Below are positions 11,648-25,200 of a stretch of 64,000 bases of DNA, piece after piece. The stretch's first letter is position 1. Each line of letters begins with the position of its first letter. Position numbers and translations under genes: made by a program. The stretch comes from Azolla caroliniana (Eukaryota; Plantae; Polypodiophyta). The stretch spans positions 8,246,001 to 8,310,000 of the forward strand of contig JBHGNT010000008.1 of assembly GCA_043228905.1 (NCBI GenBank), in the 5' to 3' direction. The notes beneath the pieces are model-generated. The model made no database searches and was not told the origin of the DNA. It worked only from the letters and a program-made list of their open reading frames with translations.

Positions 11648-14054
11648 CTTCCTTTCGGAGATACGTCGTGAAATCATTTGAGAAGTACTCCTTGCCGCCA
11701 TCTGATCGAAGGCATCGTACATGTCGGCCCGTGGCTTTCTCGACTTCATTCTTGAAATTTTGGAAGTGTCCAAACACTTCGCTCTTTTGCCGCATCGGGT
11801 AGATCCAAGTGTGCCTAGAAAAGTCGTTGATGAAGAGCACGTAATATCGGCATCCGCCGAATGTCGCCGTTTGAGCCGGACCCCATACATCGGAATGAAT
11901 TACGTCGAGTACGCCTTTGCTCACATTCCGCTCCTTCGGAAATGGGTGTCGGTGTTGCTTGCCGAATTGGCATGCTTCGCATACACCTTCAATCTCCTTC
12001 TCTTTGAATGTCAGGAGTCCGATGACGACTCCTTTCGATTTCATTGCTTTGAGTTTGTTGAGATTGATGTGGCCGATTCGCGAACATGGCGGATTTCATC
12101 TCGTGCGAATCGAGAATGAACATCCGGCCCTCTCTTCTTCCGCGTGCGATGATTCGACCTTCTTTTTCGATGAAACACCCTTCTTGGTCGAATCATACTT
12201 GCATCCCTTGCTCAACCATTTGGCCGACCGAGACCAAATTCTTTGTGATGGTGGGTACATGCAAGACATTTTTAATCTATGTTTGCTTACCTCTTTCGCC
12301 GAATGGAACATTGTCGATGTGCCGAATCGGGTGTGTAGTGTCATCTCCGGTTTCGACATAACCGGGTCGCTCCAGCTCTCGAAGTTCGAGAAACCATTCT
12401 TTGTGGGATGTCATATGGTTTGAGGCTTCGGAGTCAACAAACCATACGTCCTCCGGATTGAGGGCACTAGTTGAGGTATAGGCCGACATAGACTTTGCTC
12501 TATGTTTCATCATGAACATTCCGCCACGGTCGGAGTTGTATGCGTACATTCCGCCACGATCCTCATAGTCGGAGTTGTGCCCGTACATTCCGCTATACTC
12601 TTCGTAGTCGGAATTGTGCGCGTAATTCGTGAGTTGTCGGATTGTGGAAGCCGATTCACGCATCTTCTTTCGGCACTCTTCTTCGTGGTGGCCGAGCTTT
12701 CCGCAATATCCACATTCGGTTGCGTTTTGACGGCTCGGGCCGGAGTGGAAGCTCCCCCTTCTTGCGAAGGTTCCTCGTTGGCCTCCGTTTTGCAGCCGAA
12801 ATTGGGAGTTGTTGTCGTAGGTCGGACCTCGTCCGCCTTGTCCTTGGCCGAACCGGCCTCTCGCTCGTCCGCGTCCTCTTCCTCCATTAGAGTGCGTGTA
12901 GAGCACATGGTCTTCCGACTCATTGCTCCTTGTATGCACATGGTTTTCTTCCACCAATAGCATTGATTGGAGCTCTAAGAAGGAGGGAGATTTCTCCCGT
13001 GCTAGAACGGCGGTTCACATCGCGCCGAACCGTGGTGCGATGCCGCTGAGGCATATTTGCACCATCTCATCATCATCTATACTTACACTTATTGTGCTAA
13101 GCGAGTCGCAAAGCTCCTTGATCTTCAAGGTGTATGTTGTGATGGACATATCCCTTTGTTGAATGTTGTTCAACTCTTGGCGAAGTTGAAGCTTCCTCGC
13201 GACCGTGTTGGCGACGAAAATCTTTCGTAGGTTTTCCCACGCTTCCTTCGGCGTCTTGGCTTCTCGAATGTAACCGAGCATGTGGTCGTGAACACATGTC
13301 GCCAAACAATACATCACATGGCTTGCGGCTTGCTCCCATGTTGCGCATCCGGGAGCCGCTTTGGCGGGTCGGTCTTCATGCGCTCCTTTGATGTAGCTCC
13401 AATAGCCTTGTCCGACAAGGTATTGGTGCATCTTGTACTCCCAAGATGCGAAGTTGTTTCGATCCAACTTCTCAGTAGGGAGAGCGTTCCCCATTTGAGT
13501 ATTCATTATGTCGATTCTTCTTCTTCTTCTTCTTCTCTCTTTGAGTGCGAGCTATGTAGCAAAGCTACGATAGCGATGAGCCGGTCCTTGGTCGTTAGCG
13601 TGGAGCACAACACATGATCACGATGAGGCGAATGGGCTAGATCGAGATACCAAATCGCTCTGATACCATGTAAAGAATCAAGAGATGGATTCTTGTGAAG
13701 CGGAATAGGTGTGAACTGTGTGTGTGTGTGTGAGATTGAGAGAGAGAGAGAGAGAGACCCACAGAGTATACGCAAGGTTAAAAGTTTATTGACAAAGGAG
13801 AAAGACTCAACATTATACAAGGTGGGAGGAGGGTGCATTATGTAGTCACCCTCTCTCTTCATTAACTACAAGCCTCATGGAGCATGGGGAATGTGAAAGC
13901 TCATAAGTTATGTGTCATAGAATATGATTCCATGACTCATACTAAATGCTAGAATACAAAGTGGTGACATAATGTTGACTCTTGACCGTTGGAGTGTCTC
14001 TTCACTCTCAAGGTGAGTTCACACACTAGGTCAAGTTGAGCTTGCTTCTCAACA

Positions 14055-14330
14055 GGGTTTCTAATGGACGTATTCACACTATCTCCCTTTGTACACACTA
14101 GGTTTAGGCTATTTATGTAAATAGTGAGAAGGGCAATTGCCCTAAGTTAGTCAGTATATAAATTAATCTTTTAACCTAGTTTCAGGTTGGTTGAAAGTGG
14201 TTGAAATATAATTTACCTTGTGCCCAATCGTCTCTCTCTCTCTCGTATGTTATTGATTGATCTTGCTGCTTGATTCTATCTCTAGTTGCCATCAATCTTC
14301 TTCATTGCATTTGTTGACGATCTCCTTACA
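14055..14330 (+). mobile_element. Remainder of the copia 3' LTR begun at 7468
   Basis: Follows the GGGTT TSD, contains TATATAAA, ends ...CTTACA where gypsy coding sequence begins; right end approximate. Confidence 0.55.
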
Positions 14331-14975
14331 GAAGAGTGTTGATTTTGTTCCGCACTTATACGGCCCCGTCCTCAAAATGTTGCATATTGCACGAGGTAAT
14401 ATAAAAATAACTCAAGATAGAGCGTGTTTTTATGCTACATGTATTCAATCCTGGACAGAAGATATTTTTACATGTACCTCACAATTCTAAGACATTGTCT
14501 ACAAGTAAGTGCGCTAAGTTAGTCCCACGGTTTTGTGAACCTTTTATAGTCCTCAAATGCATTGGTTCATCAACCTATCATCTCACTCTTCCTGATGGTG
14601 TAAACTCTGGTTTTTCATGTAAGTTGTCTAAAAGAATTGCTTGGTTCTGGCGACAATACAGTTACAACAGAAACTCTAGTTACTTCAGAAGATTTATCTT
14701 CTAAACCACATGTACCAGAGAGAAATCTCGATGTCAAAACAAAACATTTGCATTCTAAACTAATCCAAGAATTAAAAATTAGATGGATGGATAAGTCTAT
14801 ATAAGATGCTACATGGGAACGAGAAAATACTCTTACAACTAGCTTCCCTAACTTTTCATTGCAAGAGTGCAATGTTTTAAAGAGTGGGAGTATGTTATGG
14901 GCATGACCATATAATATCCCACCGTAACAAATATCGTAGTATTCTACACACGAGAATAACATGTGAGGGTTAACC
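14331..14975 (+). mobile_element. Degenerate chromovirus (Ty3/gypsy) 3' end: integrase C-terminus, chromodomain, PPT and LTR start near 14893
   Basis: KLVPRFCEPF..IGSSTYHLTLP..VFHVSCLK (GPF/SH3 region); PERNLDVK...KIRWMDKS..DATWE (chromodomain); aagagtgggagta followed by TGTTAT. Confidence 0.8.
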
Positions 14976-17900
14976 AAGAAAGAAAGAAAGAAAGAAAGAA
15001 AGATATATTAACGCCTTCTAAGGCCAAATTTGGCCCATGAGACAAATGGCTTACAAAAAATGGGATATTTACCCATTCATTGAAAGTAAAAAAAATCAAA
15101 ATAAGATAAAAAATAGTTCTAAAAAAAAACATGTTCTACAATGAAAAGATGTCATACTAGGCCTAATTTCATTTCCATCCAAGTCTCTCGAAGAGAAGCG
15201 GGAGGTCAAAGGGTTGCGATGTGGATGTGGCCCATGGTCCCAATGTAAAAGGTACCCTAACCATAGCTTCTAGTCGACATAGCTCATGTTCCCTTATCTT
15301 CTTAATCTTTTCTACTCCACGTCGACTTGTTTTGAAGCCCAACATCCGAGGGCATTTGGTTGTTCTTTGTATTTCTGCTTCCTCAAGGGAGAGGCCGAGC
15401 GGCGTAAGTGTATCCACATTCATCGTCTCCCCTTGTTCCTGAAAAATTACACTAGTTACATGTTGATGAATAGTAAAAGGGTTATGATTAACACTTTGTA
15501 ATTTATTCTCCCTATGTTGTTTTAGCTCTAAGATATACCTACCTAGTCTTTTTGCACTCAGGGTATCTAATAGTTTGGAGAGGGTGGGAGAGGGTCCTAA
15601 TATGTCTTGGTATTCCGCCCGTATCTCGGCATAATTTGGGCACTTGCATGTGAAGTGATACTCATCCTCTATCTCTATGTGGCATAACCTACATAGCCTT
15701 TCCTCTCTAGGGACTCTATTAGCTCGACCATTCTCAATCTCAAGTTGGTGAGATGATATCCTAAGTTGTTCAATGGCCACCCTTAGTGCATTTGATAAGA
15801 ATGTATCTAGATATCTTGGTCGTGTAATAAAACCTAACTTAGAGAAGTGCAAGAAGTGTTCCTTATAGTACAACATTTTAGATGGGAGTTGCTCTCGTGG
15901 GGTGATCCATTTATATCGAGTCTAAATTGGCCATATTTCTTGGCATATCACTTTATTATGATCTTCATGAGAGATTAGAGTTTGATCAATCCCATGGTTG
16001 AACTTAAGGGGAGGTAGGTTATTAATGTCTATGCCGTTTGCAAGTAACCAACTCACCATAATGCTATACCAAGAGGTAGTGTCTCCAGATGCATGTAGGG
16101 ATCGGGATGCCTCAAAGGCTCGACGGGATATCCTATCTTGTGGTTGGCTATGTATCCGATGAATAAAAACTACCATTTGAAAGAGTGCTTCTACTAACAT
16201 CGGGGACAGACTAAACTCTGCTCTAATAATGTCATGCGATACTGTCGATTTGCTTCGGAGTTGACGTGATAACATTGTCACCAAAGGTCTCTCTAATTGC
16301 ATCCACATGAAGGATGGTAGACTCAGAGCCCATACTACTGATGCATACATGAGGGAAGGGGCCACTAATGAGTCGAAGAGCCATCCCTTAGTCCATGGCT
16401 CTTGGAAGTATGTCTGGTGGCATTGTCTCTCTAAGACTGAGAAGGATGCATACCCTCTCGTTAGCCTATCTTTGGCTGCATGGTTCATCGAGAATTTATC
16501 TAAGCGAGCACTAAAAGTGACTCCCAAGTATACATATGATCCCACTACCTCAACTAGTTTATGAGAGAGGGTTAGGTGACATTTACTCCTAACTCGGGAC
16601 GATGTATGAAAGATAAGGACTTTAGTTTTCGTTAGATTCACTACCAGTCCTCGTTGTGTACAAAAGTCATCTAGGGCATTAAGATGCTTTTGTAGGTCGT
16701 GTTCTGACTCTGAGAGCAAGACAATGTTGTTTGCATAGAGTAAGAGACTAACTTGCATATCCCTAATAACTACTCCCTTGCCTCCCTTTCAAGCAATAAA
16801 ATCAATGATCTCATCAATGTAGATCCCAAAAAGAGTCGGTGACAAGGGGCAACCCTGTTTTACACCAACGGTGCTAGTGAAACAATCGGATAGGCCACCT
16901 GGGCATCGTACGCACCCAGAGACTTGCTCATATAAGGCGTAAATAGCCCAGATCATGTCATTTGGTATCTCCAAGCTCTTAAGTCTATCAAACAACCTCT
17001 CCCTAGGAACCGTGGCAAAGGCTTTGCGGAAGTTCACAAAGCAACAATATAGTTTCTTCTTACGAGCCTTCGTCTGGTCAATTAAGCACCTAAGTGTGAA
17101 GATATGGTCAATAGTGGAGAAGGCTCGTCTAAAGCCAGCCTGCTCAGGTGCGCGAAGACTTTACGTTTCCATATAATCGTTGAGCTCCGGTTCCATTATT
17201 GCACCATATAGTTTAGCGAGCGTATGACCTATCATAATGGTCCTATATGTATTTGGGTCCATTGGGTCCCCTCCTTTATGTATAAGGGCCATTGTGTTCA
17301 TGTCCCATTGTGGTGGAAACCCCTCGACGAGGGCACGGTTGAAGATTAGGGTGAGAAGGGGGGCTAGGCACTCTCGAGCATATATGATGTGCTCGTCTCA
17401 CAATCCTGTGTGGTCCATGGATTTCCGATGTTGTAACTTTTTTATGACCTTCGTGACCCAAGAGGTCGTGAAAAGTGTCCCCATGGTAGGTTGAGGTGTG
17501 GAAGGCATTGGAATGGGTGGTTGGTTCGGGACATGGTAGAGTCTCTCAATATATGTGTGCCAAATATTGGGATCCTCGATGGGTGTTTGTGGTCTCGGTT
17601 CCCGTAGTCTCTTCCATGCAAGGGCGCAGTCCCTACTCATGAACATATGGTAGAGTTCCCAATATTGAGATGCTTCCCAAGCTCGTCTTTTACGACGTGT
17701 CATCTTGCGCATCTCTTTGCGAGCCTGTATTGAGGAAATAGTACCACTAAGTGGTGACACCTTAAGTTGTCTATACAACTCTCTACAATCCTCATCATAC
17801 CACTTGTTCTGTGGCATAGACCCTATTCTACTATGATTGGAACCTTTTGTGCATGGGAAGCTACTAGTTGCTGCTGAGTGAAGAATGTGTGTGAGTTCTG

Positions 17901-18950
17901 TAGTGAGGTTCTCTAAAGGCAAGGAAGAATCAAAAGAGGAGAGATGGGCTTGTACATGTTGAGAGTAGATGTTAGTGAGCTCATGCGTGAAATGTATTAT
18001 GGTGTGATGGGTTCGTTGACTAGAGTTGGTGGCGTGGGAGATGTCACATTTTAGCTCAAAGTATAGGAAGTTATGGTTTGCACCAATGGGGCATGGGGCC
18101 ACTCGGAAGGAGTTAATCATGTGGGTAGCTTCCGGGCGTCCTACTAGGTAATCAACTGTGCTTTCCCCTCCTCCATGTGGGAAACATGTGAGCTCTTCCG
18201 AGCCCGTCCACTTGGCTAAGCCATTATATATGTTCATTTGGTGTTGGCTTCCAAGTTCAACCAGATGATGGCCAAAGCTTGTGGTGTCCGCACCTTGATC
18301 TTTTGATGTACGTGTTATGCCTAAGGCTAAAGGGTCGACATTCACCATTTCTAAGTTTCTATCCATCTGAAATATTGTGCATTGTCGGGATTGGGTTCTC
18401 GCAATTAAATCCCCTATAAGGAAGACTTCCCCTTGAGAAGAATATCAAATTATGTTATCTGATAAAGGTTCATATGGAGAAGGCCCATGTGGCATTCCTT
18501 GATCAACTATACTCGCCTCTCCAGCCGTATTATATCGGGATCCTTTCGGGGGGAGGTACCAAACGACGATAAATATCACCTGATCCTTGCTAGTGAGGAT
18601 TTTCACCCACATAAAATAGGTTTCTGGGTCTTTCTTTAGTATTTCTATCCTATTATGTATCTCTCTCCAAAATAATATCGCAACCCCTCCAGACCCTCTA
18701 GTAGTGTGTCGACGTGATGTTTGTCTAAAGAAAGATTCCCAACGAAAACCATCAACTCGTGGTAGTCCTCGATTTGGACTCTGATGTGTTTCTACTAAAA
18801 ACAGTATATCAAATACCTTCAAAATGTCCTCTAGACGGCTAGGGTGTGTCCAAAGTGCACCGTTATAATTCCATAAGGTCATCCTAAGTTTATTGTCTGT
18901 CACATGGGCCACACGCCGTCAATTGGTGGTGCGAAGGAGGGAAGGATTAC
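14976..18950 (-). mobile_element. Degenerate LINE with near-complete ORF2 (APE, RT, C-terminal Cys motif) and (TTTC)n tail; RTEX/L2-like, tentative
   Basis: ORFs 18445-18912 (TLWN, LVETH), 17398-18366, 16789-17037 (GVKQGCPLSPTLF), 15922-16758 (LLYANN for YADD, YVYLG), 15169-15876 (LRISSHQLEIENGR, CRLC..EDEYHF..C); (gaaa)n at 14976-15003. Confidence 0.9.
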
Positions 18951-21900
18951 TTTTAATACTTAGTATATTTTTGACTATGTCGAGACTCTGATCGTGTGAC
19001 GATGAGACTCTTGTAGTGAGCACGCTAGTACCAAGTACGAATTGATGCCACGACAGTGGTATGGGATGCCAATCGAGGCTCGAGTCTGTCTCGATCCCTT
19101 TGCTCGGGGTTGGTCGGGTGAATCAACACCCTTCTTTCTCTCTCCTCCCTTATCTATCTATCTCTAATTTCTTTATCTCATGCTTATATTAGTATCTAGC
19201 TCTAACAAATCTCGTGCCACTACAACCTCCTTTCCGCAACCAACCACCGAGTTGACCACCATCGAGATCTCGAAGAAGCCATTGTACAAGGAATCCAAAC
19301 CCTAAAATCTCTCGAGTAAGAAGAAGAATAGAAGCAAAACTCACAAACTCACAAACCCGTAAACCATAAGTCCTCTAGTATGTTGAGGAGAAAACATGGT
19401 ATTAGATCGCGAGGGTTGAGAACCTCTAAAGCCGACAGACGCTTTTGAAGACAAACCCTAATAACCGATAACAACAGATAGAGAAAGGTATGGACAGAGG
19501 TATGGTGAGTTCACTTCCAACAGAGAAGCTCGACCAGAGCAACTATGCGTCCTGGTCATATAAAATGCACCAATACTTGCTGGGGCATGGTTATTGAAGC
19601 TACGTGGAAGGAACTAACGAGGTAGCACCGGAGCCGGCACACAATGACTTCCCGATATGGGAGCAAGGAGCGAGCCAAGTATTGTACTACCTCACGTCCT
19701 GTGTGCATGATCAGATGCTTGGCTACATAAAGGATGCAAAGACACCGAAGGAGACCTGGGAAAATCTATGGAAGATTTTCGGCGCGAGTACCACAACCCG
19801 TAAGTTGCAGCTCCGGCAAGAGCTGAACAACATCTGACAAAGAGACATGTCGGTTACGAATTACACCACCAAGATAAAGGAGATTTGTGATGCACTCAGG
19901 TCCATCAACGTGACGGTGGACGAAGACGAGATGGTACAAATCTATCTCGATGGTCTACTGCAAAGGTATGGGCCAATTCGGACAGTGATCTACACCTTGA
20001 AGAAGCCACCATTCTTCTTTGATTTGCAGTCAATGCTGATGATCGAAGAAAACCACGCCAGTGGGTCCATGACCACTCAATTGGACGGTCGGATGTTGTA
20101 CACAGAGACAGATCGACCCCATGGACGTGGTGGATGAGGTGGGTCGGCACGGAATGGAGGCGACCAGTAAGAGCAGGACCAAAAGCACAGAGGTAGTGCC
20201 TATAGCAGTTCCGGACCCTCCACAAGCAAGGGGAGTAAAAGAGGCGCCGGAAGCCGGCAAGGAAAAGCCGGCACAGAATGATGGTATTGTGGTAAAAAGG
20301 GCCACAGGGAAAGTGAGTGTTGGAAGAACCGCGCTGATTTGGACAAAACCGGATCCGGCAAAGCCGATCGGGAAAACCAGCAAAGCTTGCACTACGCAGA
20401 AAGATCGGAAGGATCCAGAACAGGGAAGAACGGTAAAGGGCCAGCCTTCGTGATGAAGCACAAGGCTAAGTTGATGAAGAAGACTATGTCCAAATCAAAG
20501 GAAGTATGGTACGTTGATTCCGGAGTGTCCAACCACATGATGAGCCATGAAGAGTGGTTCTCTTTTTTGGAAAAACCAAAACAATCGGGGATTGTCGAAA
20601 CCGGAGACGACACCCCTCACCCGATTTTGCATGTCGGAGGAGTCCCTTTAAGCCATGTCAGACAAAAGGGGAAGCTGATGAACATACTACACGTTTTGAC
20701 TATCACAAAGAACCTGGTGTCTATTGGACAAATCGTCGACCAGGGGATGCAGGTGCGATTTACGCACCTCGGGTGCTTCATTGAGGAAGAGGGCCGGATA
20801 ATCGCGCAAGGGCACATGGAAGGGAGGATGTTCATCCTCAACACAAATGACGTTGGCACCATCATGTTTGCCAAAGGACAGAAGATTGAATCAGACATCG
20901 ATCTCTGGCATAAGCAAATCGACCATGTCAACTACTAGAGGCTTCAAGACTTGGAATCGAAACAAGTGGTTTTCGGTTTGCCGAAATTTAGCGGTCGGAA
21001 GGCCGAAATTTGTGAAGCTTGCCAACTCGAGAAGCAACACCAGCTTCCATTCCCCACTGAATGAAACTGGAGCCGTAAAAGGCTCGATCTAATACATTCG
21101 GATGTATGGGGATTGGCACAGAATGTTAGTCTTGGCGGGAGTCGATACTTAGTCTCCTTCATCGACGACTACAGCCAACACACGTGGACCTACCTCATCA
21201 AACGGAAGAGCGAAGTCTTCGAATATTTTCAGAACTTGCAAAGCTTAGTTGAACGGGAAACGGGGAGGAAGATCAAGTGCTTACGGTCGGATGGCAAAAA
21301 AGAATACTTTTTTGACCAATTCAACAGTTATCTGTAGCAAAACGGAATTCGGAGAGAATTCGACTGCCGATACACACTAGAACAAAACGATGTGGCCAAG
21401 AGGAAGAACCGGTTGATTGTTGACATGACAAGGGCAATGCTGGAGGAGAAGAGCATGCCCCAATTCTACTAGGCTGAGGCGGTCCAGATGGCCATCTACA
21501 TCCAAAACTAGATCGGAGACAAGGTGCCAGTACATGAGCTGTATTTCAGGCGGAAGCCGAATTTGAGGCACCTTCGGATATTCGGTATCATAGCTTATGT
21601 GCATGTCTCCGAAGAGAAGCGGAGGAAGCTGGATCCAAAGTCAGAGAAGTGCATACTCGTCAGTTACTCGAATGAACAGAAGGGGTATAAGTGTTATAAC
21701 CCCCAGACTAAACAGGTTCGAGTAAGTCGAGATGTCGAGTTTGATGAGTCGGCATCATGGTACTCCGTACCGACTCCAACTCCAGATGAAGACCCGATAC
21801 CGGAGGATGAAACTAGTGAATCGGGAGAGGTTCAATTAGAAGATGAAGACTTCGGCACTCTAGAAGAGAGTCCGATCTCATTCAGGCACAGTGGACCGAA

Positions 21901-22278
21901 TGAGCGGCTGAGTCGAGATGACCAGTCGGATGAAGAACCGGCGAGTAGTGGAGACTCTGCTGTGCTCTCCCCGTGAAAGGAATCGAGGAGACGGTTCACG
22001 TGCAAAGAGAAGGGGAAGAAGAAGATGTCGAAATATGACATCGGCAGTGAAGAGTTAGATCGGAGCGGATCTAAAAAAGGCGGATCTTCAAAAAGGAAGT
22101 CCGAGCTGGCCAAGAAGAACCTCAAACCGGCTAATGGAAAGTTACACCGCTTAATCTGCCAGAAGAACCCCATCCAGCGGTACGGGTACAATGAGTACAT
22201 GGCGCATCACTATTTGTACATGACCAAGGTGGCAGAAGTGCATGACCCGGAGAGCTACGCAGAAGCGGCAAAGGACGC
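18950..22278 (+). mobile_element. Degenerate Ty1/copia 5' half (LTR remnant to about 19396, PBS 19397, gag from about 19502, protease, integrase), cut by a gypsy LTR
   Basis: tggtattagatc after ...AAACA; LPTEKLD, KLQLRQELNNI, WYVDSG, FIDDYS, KLDPKSEKCI match the 7483-14054 family; many stops. Confidence 0.88.
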
Positions 22279-25200
22279 TGTTGTAGTGTAATTCACACAC
22301 CACGTGAAAAATTACATTTTTGATCTCTCCGGATAGGACATGGAGTACCCGGTGAGAACCGGAAGGAGGAACCGGTAAGGACTGAAACCAGTAAGGAGAC
22401 CCGGCAAGAGCTGGATGAAGAAGGCCGGTGAGAGTCGGTGAAAAGCGGACGAAGAGGACCGGTAAGGATAACCGGATGGAACCGGATGAAGAGACAAAAT
22501 TGTAAATAGAAGAAAATATAAAAATATATATTACATGCATAGGGCAAGATTCGAACCTTGCACCTCCATGTTAATAATGTCAAGCCTTACCACTATACTA
22601 ACATATTATGAATTTTAAAGTTATATTAAACTTTATCCCATGTAAATATTCTAGACATGCATGGTACAAAAATTTATTCATGCATACACACTCGAGTTAA
22701 AAGAGAAGATGGGATAGAAAGCTAATCATACACATGTAGTGTGCATGAAAACTAAAGTTAGGAAAAGCTTGATGTTTGCATGTGATAAACTTAGACTCTT
22801 CCAACACTATATAAGGAAGAGAGAAAGATGTATAGTGGTTTTTGATTATTTTACAAGGGTTGATTAATATAATATATTCGTGGGATTCACGAATTTGCTA
22901 ACTATTTTTTTTCTCTTAATTTGAGTATTCACTAATATACTATACTCGTGGGATTCACGAGTTTTTCATATCTTTCTTTCTTACAACATATTTCATATTC
23001 TTCATTGCCTTAGAATTTTCTTTTCTCCTAGTCCAAAATCTCAGTGGTTCCCACCCGACTCACGCAAACGATCCGGCGACGAAAGGCACGACACAAGTGG
23101 TAAACCCGACGTGAAAACGGGTGGCAAGGAGATGGAAAACCAACCGGAAGCTAACAACATGATGATGATGTTCGAGCGGATGCTTCAAGAACAACGTGCG
23201 ATGTCGGAGAATGCGGCGGCAATAGAGCGGCTCGTGCAACGGATCGGGCAATTCAATGGAAAGGACGTATCACGCTATCTTCGGGACTACAAGGTGGAAA
23301 TGATATGGTGCAGGATTTCGGAAGGACTGCAAGTGACATCCTTCAACCGGGTAGCTATCGACGGGCTTCAAGCAAGTATCCACGGGCTACGACAACAAAA
23401 TCCGATGTGGGAAGCGTTTGAAGAGACGCTAAAGACCACGTTCGCTATCGAGGATTCCTCCAAATCAATGCGGAGAGGATTCGAAGATTGGGTGGAAACG
23501 CCGGATAAGGGGATGAAGGTCCTCGATGTGTTTTCGGCATTCGAAAGTCGGTTCAAGAGGCTATCTGCGAGAGATCAAGTTATCCTTGCCCCGGACAAAG
23601 TGATCATGTTCTTACGAGCCGTAAACGTCCGGGACCGGAAGGATCTTGGAGTGCTTCTAGAGGACACAACTACCGAGAGTGGCCTCACCGAAACATGGGA
23701 AAGCGTGCGGGATATTGTCACGCGATACACAAAGAGGGGGCAATGGCTTGCCAACGAAGAAAAGAGGGTTTCGGAACCGACTCTGAAACCGAGATCCGGA
23801 TCGGAAGACCATCAACCGTGGGCTCGAGAGACTACGACCGAGAAGGGAATCAACGCAACCACGGTGGAGCAATTGCTGAAGGAGATGGAGAATCTGAAAA
23901 TCGTGATGGTGAAGAAGACGAAAGACCATCCCACAAGTTCCAAGTACATGGACCGTCGATGCATATGGTGTGATAACACCAAACATGATCGGAGAGATTG
24001 CGACAAGCACAAGGAGGCGTTACGACGGGATCTTATCTCCTACGAGGGAAATCGGATTCATTCGATGGATTCTCGGAAGCCACTCCGACCAAACTTCCGG
24101 AAAGGCGGCATGAAGAAGGTCCTAGAGGAGGAGATTGCGGCGAAAGACAATTATGCGACAACCGCGGGAATACGTGTGGGGGAGTCATCTGTAGCAAAGG
24201 CGTCTTTTTGGCCGGAAGTGTTAGGAATTTCGAAGAAAGCCGACCATGATGAAATCCGAAGCGCCGCAGAATGTATCCAGGAAGCTACGTGATAAGAATA
24301 GCGTACATGCACTATGTCAATTGCATGAAGTATATTTGGATGAAAAACGACGGCGCACGGATGATGTGGCCGGACCATCAAAGATGCCAGAGAGCTGGAA
24401 CTCCAGACGGAAGGGAAAAGAAAAGACAATTCCGGCATTCAAACTCGCTTCGGACATCGAGCAACGTACAGACATAAAGAAAGTGTTCGAGGAGAGAATC
24501 CTCGATAGCCAGGTAGAATTTTCGCTTTGGGAATTACTCGGAATAGCGAAGAAGGAGTTCAATGATCTTCTTGTGGATCTCGTGAAGAGAAAAAGACAAA
24601 GTACGGAGGAAAATGCGCCAATGGTGAATGCAAATACCGTTCTGATGAACAACACCGAAGTGGAGGAAAAAATTCCGAACTCCCACTACACAAGGCCACA
24701 CTGGGCATGTGCAACTATGGAGACTCCGGTCCGAATTGGCAACATCAAAGAGCTCGTGCTAGCATTGATTGATCACGGATCGGAGATCAATTTGATTTCT
24801 AAGGAGTTCTACTAGAAGGGGAAGTGGCATATTAACACCAATCATGGATGGAAGATCCGGGCGGCCACTAAAGCAACGGAAGATCTATTTGTGGCTTGTC
24901 TGGATGTGACGGTGAAGATCGAGGATATCAAGATCGACCAAAATTTCTTTGTACAAGACGAAGTCTCACACTCCGTGATCCTCAGGAAACCCTTTATCAC
25001 GGCTTCACGGATGGAAACGAAGGTGCTCGATAACGGTGTGGCTTTTGCACGAATTTGGAGCCAAAGCAGAGGGAAATCCGTCCAATTCCTAACTGTGCCG
25101 GCAAATCATGAAAGGAACAAGAGAGAGCTCTTGTCCCAAACAAGGATGGATTTTTAGAGCGGACTGTTGCGGAGTGGAGAAGTGATAGTCCGAGAAGCCC

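Larger units (their letters stand above)
8130..13497 (-). pseudogene. Copia gag-pol polyprotein (gag, zinc knuckle, protease, integrase, RT, RNase H) broken by frameshifts, stops and a solo LTR
   Basis: ORFs 13015-13506 (gag), 12277-12963 (CGYCGKLGHHEEEC, WFVDSEAS), 11523-12044 and 10131-10607 (IN), 8589-10037 (QMDVKNAFL, LYVDDL), 8130-8471 (RTKHIEVHYHF). Confidence 0.92.
7483..14054 (-). mobile_element. Full-length but degenerate Ty1/copia element; 5' LTR 13669-14054, 3' LTR 7483-7866, TSD GGGTT
   Basis: Two ~385-bp LTRs with a handful of differences; GGGTT at 7478-7482 and 14055-14059; iMet PBS TGGTATCAGAGC at 13657-13668; PPT next to 7867. Confidence 0.95.

Noticed and set aside
22535-22605. 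Functional tRNA gene
   Set aside because: Only the A and B boxes and T-arm are recognisable; no proper acceptor or anticodon stems.
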